Shown here: piece after piece, positions 48,361 through 56,923 of the stretch
Numbering within the stretch: the stretch's first letter is position 1
Layout of the letters: each line of letters begins with the position of its first letter
Assembly: GCA_965247095.1 (NCBI GenBank)
Contig: OZ251997.1
Coordinates: forward strand, 2,912,001-2,976,000
Length of the DNA: 64,000 bases
Direction: 5' to 3'
Source: Candidatus Multivorans sp.
Lineage (GTDB): Bacteria; Acidobacteriota; Thermoanaerobaculia; Multivoradales; Multivoraceae
Translations under genes and position numbers: made by a program
The notes under the pieces: generated by a model
The model's database searches: none
What the model was told of the DNA's origin: nothing
Seen by the model: the letters and a program-made list of their open reading frames with translations, nothing else

Positions 48361-49248
48361 ATGTTCGCGACTCTCTTTCGATCGTTCCGACCCGCCCAAT
48401 GGAGCAAGAACGTCTTCGTTCTGGCGCCGGCGGCGTTCGCCGGCGGCCTGACGGATCCGGGCACGATCGCGGCGGCGGTGCTGGCGCTGGCCGCGTTCTG
48501 TGCCGCGGCGAGCGCCGTGTACCTGTTCAACGATCTGCGGGACCGCGAACTGGACCGGCGCCATCCAAGGAAGAGGCTGAGGCCCGTGGCGTCAGGCGCC
48601 TTGGGCCCGGCGCCGGCTCTGGCGGCCAGTGCGGTGCTCGCCGCCCTTGCCCTGGGCGCGGCGTGGAGCCTGAACGGCCGGACGGCGCAGCTCGTGGCCG
48701 CTTACCTTGTGGTCAACGTCTGCTACAGCCTGTGGTTGAAGCGGATCGTGATCGTCGACGTGATGGTGCTGTCGAGCGGCTTCGTGATCCGGGTGCTGGC
48801 CGGCGCCGCCGCGGTCGGGGTCGCGGTCTCCGCCTGGCTGGTGCTCTGCACCGTCTTTCTGGCGCTCTTCCTGGGTTTCTCCAAGCGCCGGCACGAACTG
48901 GTGCTTCTCGTCGGTGAGGCGGGCGAGCAGCGGTCGGTGCTGAATCACTACAGCCCGACGTTCCTCGATCAGATGATGAACGTGGTGACCGCCTCGACGC
49001 TGCTCTCCTACGCCCTCTACACCACGGCCGACGAGACGGTCGCCCGTTTCGGCGCCTACAGCCTGGTCTGGACGGTTCCCTTCGTGCTGTTCGGCATCTT
49101 CCGCTACCTGTACCTGATCCACCAGGCCGAGAACCCGAAACAGCGCAATCCGACGGAGCTACTGCTGTTCGATCCCCCGTTCCTGGTCAACATGGGGCTC
49201 TACGGCCTGACCGTGATCCTCATCGTCTACCTTCCGCCGGCGCAGTAG
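48361..49248 (+). CDS. UbiA-family prenyltransferase (decaprenyl-phosphate phosphoribosyltransferase-like)
   Basis: RPAQWSKN, YLFNDLRDRELDRRHPRKRLRPVASG, GFVIRV, KRRHEL and FRYL. Confidence 0.9.
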   Translation: MFATLFRSFRPAQWSKNVFVLAPAAFAGGLTDPGTIAAAVLALAAFCAAASAVYLFNDLRDRELDRRHPRKRLRPVASGALGPAPALAASAVLAALALGAAWSLNGRTAQLVAAYLVVNVCYSLWLKRIVIVDVMVLSSGFVIRVLAGAAAVGVAVSAWLVLCTVFLALFLGFSKRRHELVLLVGEAGEQRSVLNHYSPTFLDQMMNVVTASTLLSYALYTTADETVARFGAYSLVWTVPFVLFGIFRYLYLIHQAENPKQRNPTELLLFDPPFLVNMGLYGLTVILIVYLPPAQ

Positions 49249-49258
49249 CGCCAGCACC
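49141..49258 (+). repeat. Left direct repeat of the island (3' end of the ubiA-like gene)
   Basis: Ungapped 103/118 nt match to 55681-55798. Confidence 0.92.
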
Positions 49259-50791
49259 ACGGCCCGCGCACGAGAACAGCGTTACCTCGTCGGAGATCGG
49301 TTCGTCGCTGCAGGTGAGCTGTGCCGGGGCGAAGAAGCTGAGCGCCATCAGCCTGTGCTTGGTCTTGACCAGGAAGCGGGCCCGGCCGTCGCATCGATCG
49401 AGCAGCTCACCTAGATCCTCTGCCAGAGCGAGAGGGGCTTCGAAGTAGGGGTAGGGCTCCGGCCAGATCGTGTGCCAGCTCGAGCGCTCGAAGCCGTAGA
49501 AGCCGAGACCGTGAGCCTTGACGCCAAGCGCGTCGACACACTCGCTCGCCGTCACGCCGGCGCCACCCAATGCCTGCGCGAGCTCGCGGGCGTCCCGCTT
49601 GCTGGGAACGTAGGCGGCAGCACCCTTCAGCAGGATCAGGACCATTGCCGCGATCAGCACCCGGCGGCCCCAGCGCGCAGGCGCGCTCGAGCGAGCCTGC
49701 GAGATGGTGAGCATCACCAGATAGGGCGCTATCGGCAGGATGTAGAGCGAGAGCTTCGACTTGGCCAGACCGAAGACCACGAGGGGCAGTACGGTCGACA
49801 GAATCAGGTAGCGGTGCAGAGGGTCGCGCCACAGAGTGCTGAGCCGGGTTCGCTCTTCCTTCGATCGCCACCGACCCAACCAGGTCAAGGACCACGGCAG
49901 GCCGCCGAAGACCAGGACCGGGCCGTAGATCCGGATGCCTGCCCACCATCCGGAATTGCGGTCGTAGGTGTCCTTCCACAGCCGGCCGGCGACCTGATTG
50001 TCGAGGAAGTACGCGGCGGCGCCCGGTAGATCTCTCGATACGCCGGCGTACCACGAGAGGCCGACCGCCGTGCCGACCAGCGCCGCCGCCCACAGCTCCG
50101 GCCGCGAAAGGAACCGGCGGGGCCCGGGATCCCAAAGCCCAAACGCGACCATCGGCGCCACGAACACCAGTGCGGAAGTGCCCTTGGTGAGCAGCGCCAA
50201 ACCAATCGAGACACCCAGCAGCAGAGCCCAACGCCATCGCTCGCCCAGTGGCTGAGACTCGCGCCACCGCCAGTACGAGAAGGAGGCCGCGGTGGTCCAG
50301 AGAACCAGCAGAGTGTCCGGGGTCAGCACGTTCGCCGCGAGACCGGGGAGGAGAGTCGTCACATACGCAGCGCCCGTGAGCCTGCCGACCCGTTTCCCCC
50401 AGGCGGCGCCCGACCAGGCTGCCACCAGGCAGGCCGTAGCGGAAAGAGCCAGCGACTGCCCGATGCGAGCGCCCCACTCGTTGACGCCAAGGAGCTTGAA
50501 GCCCGCCGCGATGGTCCAGTAGATGGCCGGGGGCTTGTCGAGATAGACGAGTCCCTGCAGACGGGGCACGAACCAGTCGCCGCTCCGGAACATGGCGAGG
50601 GCCGCGTCGGCGTAGCGCCCTTCGTCAGGTTCAAAGAGTCCTCGCGAGCCCTGAAACGCGAGAGCGATCCCGAAGATGACGAGCCCGTACAGGAACACGT
50701 CAAGGGGAGGGCTCGGTTCGCGCCCAGACGCCAGTGGGGTGGTCCCGGTTTCCAGGACGGTTGGGCGGTTCAGTTCAGACAGCCGGATCAC
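49220..50791 (-). CDS. ArnT/GT39-like integral membrane glycosyltransferase, copy 1
   Basis: EPDEGRY, YLDKPP, LLTKG and SKLSLYILP; start uncertain (GTG 50791). Confidence 0.88.
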   Translation of the reverse strand: MIRLSELNRPTVLETGTTPLASGREPSPPLDVFLYGLVIFGIALAFQGSRGLFEPDEGRYADAALAMFRSGDWFVPRLQGLVYLDKPPAIYWTIAAGFKLLGVNEWGARIGQSLALSATACLVAAWSGAAWGKRVGRLTGAAYVTTLLPGLAANVLTPDTLLVLWTTAASFSYWRWRESQPLGERWRWALLLGVSIGLALLTKGTSALVFVAPMVAFGLWDPGPRRFLSRPELWAAALVGTAVGLSWYAGVSRDLPGAAAYFLDNQVAGRLWKDTYDRNSGWWAGIRIYGPVLVFGGLPWSLTWLGRWRSKEERTRLSTLWRDPLHRYLILSTVLPLVVFGLAKSKLSLYILPIAPYLVMLTISQARSSAPARWGRRVLIAAMVLILLKGAAAYVPSKRDARELAQALGGAGVTASECVDALGVKAHGLGFYGFERSSWHTIWPEPYPYFEAPLALAEDLGELLDRCDGRARFLVKTKHRLMALSFFAPAQLTCSDEPISDEVTLFSCAGRGAGATAPAEGRR

Positions 50792-50997
50792 CGACGCTGG
50801 ACCGCCTGCTCGACCAGGTCCATGGTGCGTACGATGCGCTGGCGTATCTCGTCGAATCGACGCCCACGGTGTTCTTTGCCTTCCATTCCGGCTACGGGAC
50901 GGGGCGAACGCGCCGTAGAGACTAGCAGTCCCCGCCCGGCGCCGCACCGCCCCCTCTGACGCGCGTCCCGCCCCGGGCGGCAGGGGACTCCGCGGCC

Positions 50998-51029
50998 CTC
51001 AGCTTCCTCTCAGACTCGCCATCTACAGT
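50998..51029 (+). promoter_or_regulatory. Putative OmpR-family binding box plus -10 element
   Basis: CTCAG-cttcct-CTCAG-N10-TACAGT, ending 6 nt before ATG 51036; same architecture at 55623-55654. Confidence 0.6.
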
Positions 51030-51035
51030 AGCGGC

Positions 51036-51896
51036 ATGATCGATAGCTTGAGCTACACTGCTCCCGCTCAACCCGAGCTCGGACCTTGTCAATCGTCAAT
51101 GGCTGTCTCGTTGGTCATTCCCGCTTACGACGAGGAAGAGTCCATCGTCAAGGCCGTCCACGAGGCCTTGGCTGCGCTGTCACGTTTGGCGGACCAGTTC
51201 GAGGTCCTGCTGGTCGACGACGGAAGTCGGGACGCGACTGCCTCGCGGGTGACGGAAGAGTTCGGCGGTCTCGACTCCGTACGCTTGCTGCGTCATCGAC
51301 GCAACAGCGGCTACGGAGCGGCGCTTCGCACAGGGTTCTCCGCAGCCCGCTTCCCACTCTTCGCCTTTACCGACGCAGATCGGCAGTTTCACCTGGATGA
51401 CCTGGGCCTGCTGCTCGGGGCCCTCGGCGGCCGCGATGCCGCCTGTGGCTACCGCTTGAACCGCAAGGACGACTGGCTCCGACTGCTGTACTCGAAGATC
51501 TACAACCAGCTCGTTCGCGGCCTCCTGGGGCTGGATGTCCGCGATTGCGACTGTGCCCTCAAGGTGTTCAGGCGCTCGGCTCTCGAGGGCATCCCGATTC
51601 GAACCAACGGGTTCGTCTTCAACGCCGAGCTCCTGGCCAGGCTGTCGAACCGGGGCGCCTCGATCGTCGAGGTCGGCGTTCGGCACCGCCCTCGACGCGA
51701 TGGTCAGAGCACCGTGTCGCCGCTACATGCTCTACCGGTTGTTGCCGAGCTCCTGAGATTCTGGTGGTCGGATCATCTGTTTCCCCAAGGCGGCCCGCGG
51801 CGCTCGCGCGCCTCTACGGCGCCGGAGTCGGCGCTTCCCGCGCACGAGAACAGCGTCAGTTCAGAGGAGATCGGCTCGTCGCGGCAGGCGAGCTGA
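51036..51896 (+). CDS. GT2 polyprenol-phosphate glycosyltransferase (ArnC/Dpm1-like)
   Basis: SLVIPAYDE, VDDGSRD, NSGYGAALRTG, FTDAD and DCDCALK. Confidence 0.9.
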   Translation: MIDSLSYTAPAQPELGPCQSSMAVSLVIPAYDEEESIVKAVHEALAALSRLADQFEVLLVDDGSRDATASRVTEEFGGLDSVRLLRHRRNSGYGAALRTGFSAARFPLFAFTDADRQFHLDDLGLLLGALGGRDAACGYRLNRKDDWLRLLYSKIYNQLVRGLLGLDVRDCDCALKVFRRSALEGIPIRTNGFVFNAELLARLSNRGASIVEVGVRHRPRRDGQSTVSPLHALPVVAELLRFWWSDHLFPQGGPRRSRASTAPESALPAHENSVSSEEIGSSRQAS

Positions 51897-53317
51897 GCCG
51901 AAGCGAAGAAGCTCACAGCCACTTGCTTGTGCTTGATGTCGACCAGAAAGCGGGCTCGGCCCTCGCATCGATGCAGCAGCCCACGCAGGTCGTCTGCCAG
52001 AGCGCGAGGCGCTTCAAAGTAAGGGTATGGCTCCGGCCAGAGCGTGTGCCAAGTGGATCGCGGGTAGCCGTACAGGCTCAGGCCGTGAACCTTCGTTCCA
52101 AGCACGTCGATGCACTCATTCGCCGTCACGCCGGTGCGATGCAGCGACTGCGCGAGTGCACGGGTATCCCGCTTGTTGGGAACGTAGGCAATCACACCTT
52201 TTACGACGGCCAGGACCATGGTCGCGATCAACACCCGGGCGCCCCACCGAATGTGCGCTCTTGAGCGTGCCTGCGAGATGGTGAGCATGACGAGATAGGG
52301 CACTACCGGAAGGATGTAGAGGGGTAGCTTCGACTTCGCCACGCTGAAGACCACCAAGGGCAGAACGGTAGACAACACCAGGTAGCGATGCAAAGGGTCG
52401 CGCCACAGGCTGCTGAGTTGTTGCCGTCCCGCCTTCGATCGCCACAGCCCTAGCCAGGTCAAGCACCACGGGAGGCTGCCGAAGACCAGAACCGGGCCGT
52501 AGACAGTGAGGCCTGCCCACCAGTGAGGGTTGCGACCGTAGCTGTCCTTCCACAGCCGACCGGCCACCTGATTGTCGAAGAAGTAGGCTGCGGCGCCCTG
52601 GACATCTCTCGACATGCCGGCGTACCAGGAGAGACCGATCGTCGTGCCGATCAGCGCCGCCGCCCACAGCTCCGGCCGCGACAGGAACCGGCGAAGTCCC
52701 GGCTGCCAGAACCCGTAGGCGACCATCGGAGCCACGAGCACCAAGGCGGCGGCGCCCTTGCTGAGTAACGCAAGACCAATCGAGAAACCCAGCAGAAGGG
52801 CCCAGCGCCATCGCTCGGCCGAGCGCTGAGACTCGTGCCACCTCCAGTACGACCAGGAGACTGCGGTGGTCCAAAGGACCAGAAGCGTGTCGGGAGTCAG
52901 CGCATTCGCCGCGACGCCAGGAAGGATAGTTGTCACATACGCAGCGCCCGCGAGTCTGCCGACCCGTTTCCCCCAGGCTGCACCGGACCAGGCCGCCACC
53001 AGGAAGGCAGTGGCCGTGAGAGCCAGCGACTGCCCGATTCGAGCGCCCAACTCATTGACGCCGAGGAGCTTGAATCCTGCCGCGATGGTCCAGTAGATGG
53101 CCGGCGGCTTGTCGAGATAGACGAGGTCTTGCAGGCGGGGCACGAGCCAGTCGCCGGTACGAAACATGGCGAGAGCCACGTCGGCATAGCGCCCGTCGTC
53201 GGCTTCGAAGAGTCCCCGTGAGCCCTGAAACGCGAGGGAGATCCCGAAAATGACGAGCCCGTAGAGCAGGAGGTCGAGTCGAGCGCGCGGTTCGTGTCCG
53301 GGCCCCGGAGTGCTCAC
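51773..53317 (-). CDS. ArnT/GT39-like integral membrane glycosyltransferase, copy 2
   Basis: EADDGRY, YLDKPP and SKLPLYILP; co-linear paralogue of copy 1. Confidence 0.88.
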   Translation of the reverse strand: MSTPGPGHEPRARLDLLLYGLVIFGISLAFQGSRGLFEADDGRYADVALAMFRTGDWLVPRLQDLVYLDKPPAIYWTIAAGFKLLGVNELGARIGQSLALTATAFLVAAWSGAAWGKRVGRLAGAAYVTTILPGVAANALTPDTLLVLWTTAVSWSYWRWHESQRSAERWRWALLLGFSIGLALLSKGAAALVLVAPMVAYGFWQPGLRRFLSRPELWAAALIGTTIGLSWYAGMSRDVQGAAAYFFDNQVAGRLWKDSYGRNPHWWAGLTVYGPVLVFGSLPWCLTWLGLWRSKAGRQQLSSLWRDPLHRYLVLSTVLPLVVFSVAKSKLPLYILPVVPYLVMLTISQARSRAHIRWGARVLIATMVLAVVKGVIAYVPNKRDTRALAQSLHRTGVTANECIDVLGTKVHGLSLYGYPRSTWHTLWPEPYPYFEAPRALADDLRGLLHRCEGRARFLVDIKHKQVAVSFFASAQLACRDEPISSELTLFSCAGSADSGAVEARERRGPPWGNR

Positions 53318-53408
53318 GGAGCGCCACCATGCTCGGCACCCCGGGTACGATCGCAGCAGTGGCGCAATCCGTGCGCGAAACTACGGACCCGATCTTCCAA
53401 TGACGACG

Positions 53409-54878
53409 TCAGCGCAGTTTGGACAGTGTGATCTGGACCAGACTATCGGCCTGGAGGCGAGTCTCGATCTCGAATCCGAGAAGATCGGAGAAAGCCTGCA
53501 CGATGGCGAGCCCCAAGCCGACATTGCGGTCGCCGGCGCGCGCCGAATCCTTGCGCCAGAAGCGATCGAACATGACCGCCAGGTCGTCGTGATCGAGGCC
53601 GGCTGCGTAGTTCGAAACGGTCAGGGACAAGCGTCGGTCGGATTCGTCGAGACGGACAGCAACTGCCGTTCCCGGCCGGCTATGGTCGACGGCGTTCGAG
53701 AGCAGGTTCGAGAGCACTAGTCGGAACATCTCTCGATCGGTTTCGATAACCGCGCCGGGCTGAACCCTGTTTTCGAACGTCAGCCCCTTCTCTTGAGCCC
53801 GTTCTTCGAGAGGTCTCCAACTCTCGGAAACGATGTTCGAGACAACGACCCGGCCTGCGCGCACCTTCTCGCCTCCCTCATCGTAGCGGGCCAATGCCAG
53901 AAGCTGGACCACGATGCTCTCCATCTGAAGACCGATTGCCAGGGCGTTGTCGAAGAACCTCCGCGTCGCTGCCGAGTCCTCCGGCCACCGGGATCCAACC
54001 TCGCACAAGTTCTGGAGTTCGGCAATCGGCGTCTTCAGCTCGTGGGCAATATCGCTCGTTAGCTGTCGCTCACGGTCAAAGGCGTTCTCTAGACGCGTCA
54101 AGAGTTGGTTGAGTTGCTCCACAACAGGTGCAAGCTCTCGCGACGGCAACGCCAAGTTCACCCGCCGGTCGAGCGACTTCGCGTCGAGGTCTTGAACCTG
54201 ACCAGCCAGGTCGTCGAGCGGACGCAGCCCAACCTTCAAGGAACCCACGATGAGCGCCGCGACTGTAGAGAGAAGCAGTCCCGTGAAGCCAACGAGAGAC
54301 CAACGGATCCGGGAGGTCTGCCCGTCGAGAGTTCCACGCTCACGGGCCACGAGAACGGTCGCCGTGTGCCGCTCTCTTCCCAGGTTCCCCTCGGTGGAGT
54401 CGAGGATGGGCTCGTCGTCGGGAGGTAGTTCTTCATCGGATTCGTCATCGATCTGTGGAACAAAGTCGATCCGGACCAGACGACCCCGTCTTCCGTCGGG
54501 TAGGCGTGTATCGGCGAACCGCGTGGGTACGGCCCGCTCGGGATCTCGGAGCAGGGAAGTACCGGATTGTTCTTCATCGATGTCGAACGAGGCCGATCGT
54601 GCCAGGAGCGTCTCGCCATCGAGCCACAGTTCGAAGTAGTAGGGGTCCGTACGGGACTTGAACTCGGGCATGAACTCGTCTGCGAACTCGAACTCGACCT
54701 CGCCCTGATCCTCCTCCGTCAGGGTCGCGAGGGCCCGCGCCTTCGACTCGAGGGCGCGGTCGAACTCCCGCTCCAGCCAACGCCCGACTGTGACTTCGAG
54801 GACAAGTCCCGCGGAAAGGATGAGCGAGCCGACGCCGCCGAGGAGCCAGACCGCTAGATGAGTGCGAATCGAGCGCAC
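53409..54878 (-). CDS. Sensor histidine kinase (QseC/PmrB-like)
   Basis: Two TMs, HAMP, DIAHELKTP, NLLSNA, FDRFWR and GLGLAI. Confidence 0.93.
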   Translation of the reverse strand: MRSIRTHLAVWLLGGVGSLILSAGLVLEVTVGRWLEREFDRALESKARALATLTEEDQGEVEFEFADEFMPEFKSRTDPYYFELWLDGETLLARSASFDIDEEQSGTSLLRDPERAVPTRFADTRLPDGRRGRLVRIDFVPQIDDESDEELPPDDEPILDSTEGNLGRERHTATVLVARERGTLDGQTSRIRWSLVGFTGLLLSTVAALIVGSLKVGLRPLDDLAGQVQDLDAKSLDRRVNLALPSRELAPVVEQLNQLLTRLENAFDRERQLTSDIAHELKTPIAELQNLCEVGSRWPEDSAATRRFFDNALAIGLQMESIVVQLLALARYDEGGEKVRAGRVVVSNIVSESWRPLEERAQEKGLTFENRVQPGAVIETDREMFRLVLSNLLSNAVDHSRPGTAVAVRLDESDRRLSLTVSNYAAGLDHDDLAVMFDRFWRKDSARAGDRNVGLGLAIVQAFSDLLGFEIETRLQADSLVQITLSKLR

Positions 54879-55564
54879 TACGCCATGGCTCCTCGTTCGG
54901 TCTCGATCACATAGCCGAATCCACGCCGGGTCTCGATGATCGACGGTTCGTCGCCGCGACGGATCTTCCTTCTCAGGCTGGAGACGAGAACCTCGACTGC
55001 GTTGTGCGATACATCCTTGTCGCTGTGGTAGAGATGTTCGAGTAGCTGATCGCAGGAGAACACTCGGCCGCGCCGATACGCAAGAAGCTCGAGCAGCGCG
55101 TACTCACTGGGCGTCAGGGGAATGGACTCGCCTTCGCGACGAACGCGCCGGCCGGCTGTATCGATCTCCAGAGGGCCGACGCGAAGTCTTGGATTCTTGG
55201 CCCGGTAGCGTCTCCGCACCAGGGCCTGGAGGCGCGCACAGAGCTCGTCGAACGAGAAGGGCTTGACGAGATAGTCGTCCGCTCCCATCTCCAAGCCGGT
55301 GACGCGATCTTCCACCCTGTCCTTGGCGGACAGGATCAGGATGTGGGTGTCCTGGCCGCCCTTTCGAAGACGGCACAGGACTTCCAGTCCTGACAGGAAG
55401 GGAAGCATCAGGTCGAGCACGATCGCGTCGTAGGCGTACGTCTCGGCGAAGGCAACGCCCGTCTTGCCGTCGGTCGCCAGGTCGACGGCGTAGCCGGCCT
55501 TCGTGAGGCCGCGACCCAGGGAATAGAGGAGCCTCTCAGAGTCCTCAATTATCAGAACCTTCAT
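54878..55564 (-). CDS. OmpR-family response regulator
   Basis: MKVLIIED, LDLMLP, GADDYLVKPF and IETRRGFGY. Confidence 0.95.
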   Translation of the reverse strand: MKVLIIEDSERLLYSLGRGLTKAGYAVDLATDGKTGVAFAETYAYDAIVLDLMLPFLSGLEVLCRLRKGGQDTHILILSAKDRVEDRVTGLEMGADDYLVKPFSFDELCARLQALVRRRYRAKNPRLRVGPLEIDTAGRRVRREGESIPLTPSEYALLELLAYRRGRVFSCDQLLEHLYHSDKDVSHNAVEVLVSSLRRKIRRGDEPSIIETRRGFGYVIETERGAMA

Positions 55565-55622
55565 GACTGCGCCCCTACCTGGTCGAGAGTAGCCCAGCAA
55601 AGGTGGACTTCACGCTCTCTCG

Positions 55623-55654
55623 ACTGTGCCGCATCAACCTGAGTGAAGGCTGAG
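55623..55654 (-). promoter_or_regulatory. Putative autoregulatory box plus -10 element for the response regulator
   Basis: Minus strand reads CTCAG-ccttca-CTCAG-N10-CACAGT. Confidence 0.6.
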
Positions 55655-55680
55655 GACTGGTGTCGGAGTCAGAGTTCGAC

Positions 55681-55798
55681 CAGCGCAATCCGACCGAGCT
55701 ACTGCTGTTCGATGTCCCGTTCCTGGTCAACATGGGGTTCTACAGCCAGGCCGTGGTCCTGATCGTCTACCTGCGACCGGCGTAGCAACGCCAGCACC
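55681..55798 (+). repeat. Right direct repeat of the island (orphan ubiA-like 3' end)
   Basis: Encodes QRNPTELLLFDVPFLVNMGFYSQAVVLIVYLRPA*, homologous to the C-terminus of 48361-49248. Confidence 0.92.
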
Positions 55799-56901
55799 CA
55801 GGGCAGCGCCAGCAGGCCAACGAGGACCGCGAACCAGAGAGTCGCGGCGCGGACGATGACGGTCGAGGCCATGGCAGCGTCGAGAGCGACCCCCTGACGC
55901 TCCAGCAGGAGGACCAGCGAGCCCTCGGCGGCCAGCAGGCCTCCGGGGAGCATGGAGAGGGCGCCGGCCACGGTGGAAGCCGCGTAGTCGAACACCGAGG
56001 CGAGCATCGGGACGGCCGGTTCGTAGTGCCGGACCACCAGCGCGCAACCGACTCCCTCGGCCGCCCAGGCAGTGGTGGAGAGCGCCAGTCCGGCGAGCAG
56101 CGTCCGTGGCTCGACGAGCCGGTTGAACGCTTGGTGGATGTCGATCAGCACGGCCGCGCGTCCGGCGCCCAGCCGGGTCTTCGCCAGCATCGGCATGAGG
56201 CGGTCGACAAGTGGCCGGTAAATCACCGCGACCACGGCGGCGGCCGCGACGAGAACGATCGCTGCTGTGAACGAACGTTGACCGGTGAAGACCAGTACCG
56301 ACGACGACAGGAGCAGCAGGACGGCGAGCACGTCCAGCAGCCGTTCGGTGACCACCACGGCGACGACGGGGCGAGCCCGGCCGCCGCCGAACTGATGGAC
56401 CAGCCACGCCTTCGCCAGGTCCCCGGCCTTTCCCGGCGTGAGCGCCAGCAGGAAGCCGGTCAGGAAGATCGCCAGGCTGCGACCCAGCGGGAGACGGACC
56501 TCGAGCCGGCGGAGGTAGTAGTGCCAGCGCAGGAAGCGCAGACCGTAGTTGACGGCGGACAGCAGCAGCACCAGGGTCAGTACGCCGACGTCGAAGTCTC
56601 CGATGAGATCGCGGATCTGGTCGAAGTCGCCCACGAATCCGAGCACCGCGAAGGTCACGGCGCCGAGCAGGAGGAGGACGAGGAGACCCCTCCCGATGCT
56701 GCGGAACGGGTGGGTCGGGTCGGCGGCGCGGTAGCGGGGGAGCGGCACGGGAGGCGGTACCGGGGCGGCATGGACGGTAGCAGCTTCACAGCCGTACAGC
56801 TCTACGGGCCGCGGTGGGCGCGGTCCGGCACGGCGCCATGCCATCCGTGCGCCCGATGACGGTCGCACGGACTGGGTCGCTTGTGGCGCGAAACGCGCCA
56901 C
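55699..56901 (-). CDS. Lysylphosphatidylglycerol synthase TM-domain (UPF0104 flippase-like) protein
   Basis: NYGLRFLRW, TPGKAGD, ERLLD, PGGLLAAEG and RAATLW; start uncertain. Confidence 0.82.
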   Translation of the reverse strand: MARFAPQATQSVRPSSGARMAWRRAGPRPPRPVELYGCEAATVHAAPVPPPVPLPRYRAADPTHPFRSIGRGLLVLLLLGAVTFAVLGFVGDFDQIRDLIGDFDVGVLTLVLLLSAVNYGLRFLRWHYYLRRLEVRLPLGRSLAIFLTGFLLALTPGKAGDLAKAWLVHQFGGGRARPVVAVVVTERLLDVLAVLLLLSSSVLVFTGQRSFTAAIVLVAAAAVVAVIYRPLVDRLMPMLAKTRLGAGRAAVLIDIHQAFNRLVEPRTLLAGLALSTTAWAAEGVGCALVVRHYEPAVPMLASVFDYAASTVAGALSMLPGGLLAAEGSLVLLLERQGVALDAAMASTVIVRAATLWFAVLVGLLALPWVLALLRRSQVDDQDHGLAVEPHVDQERDIEQQ

Positions 56902-56923
56902 AAGGGTTGCTAAGCTGATCCCA

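Noticed and set aside
50734-50925. 63-aa ORF between GT39 copy 1 and GT2 as another gene remnant
   Set aside because: AYDALAYLVESTP looks protein-like, but I cannot assign it to a family and it lacks a convincing start.
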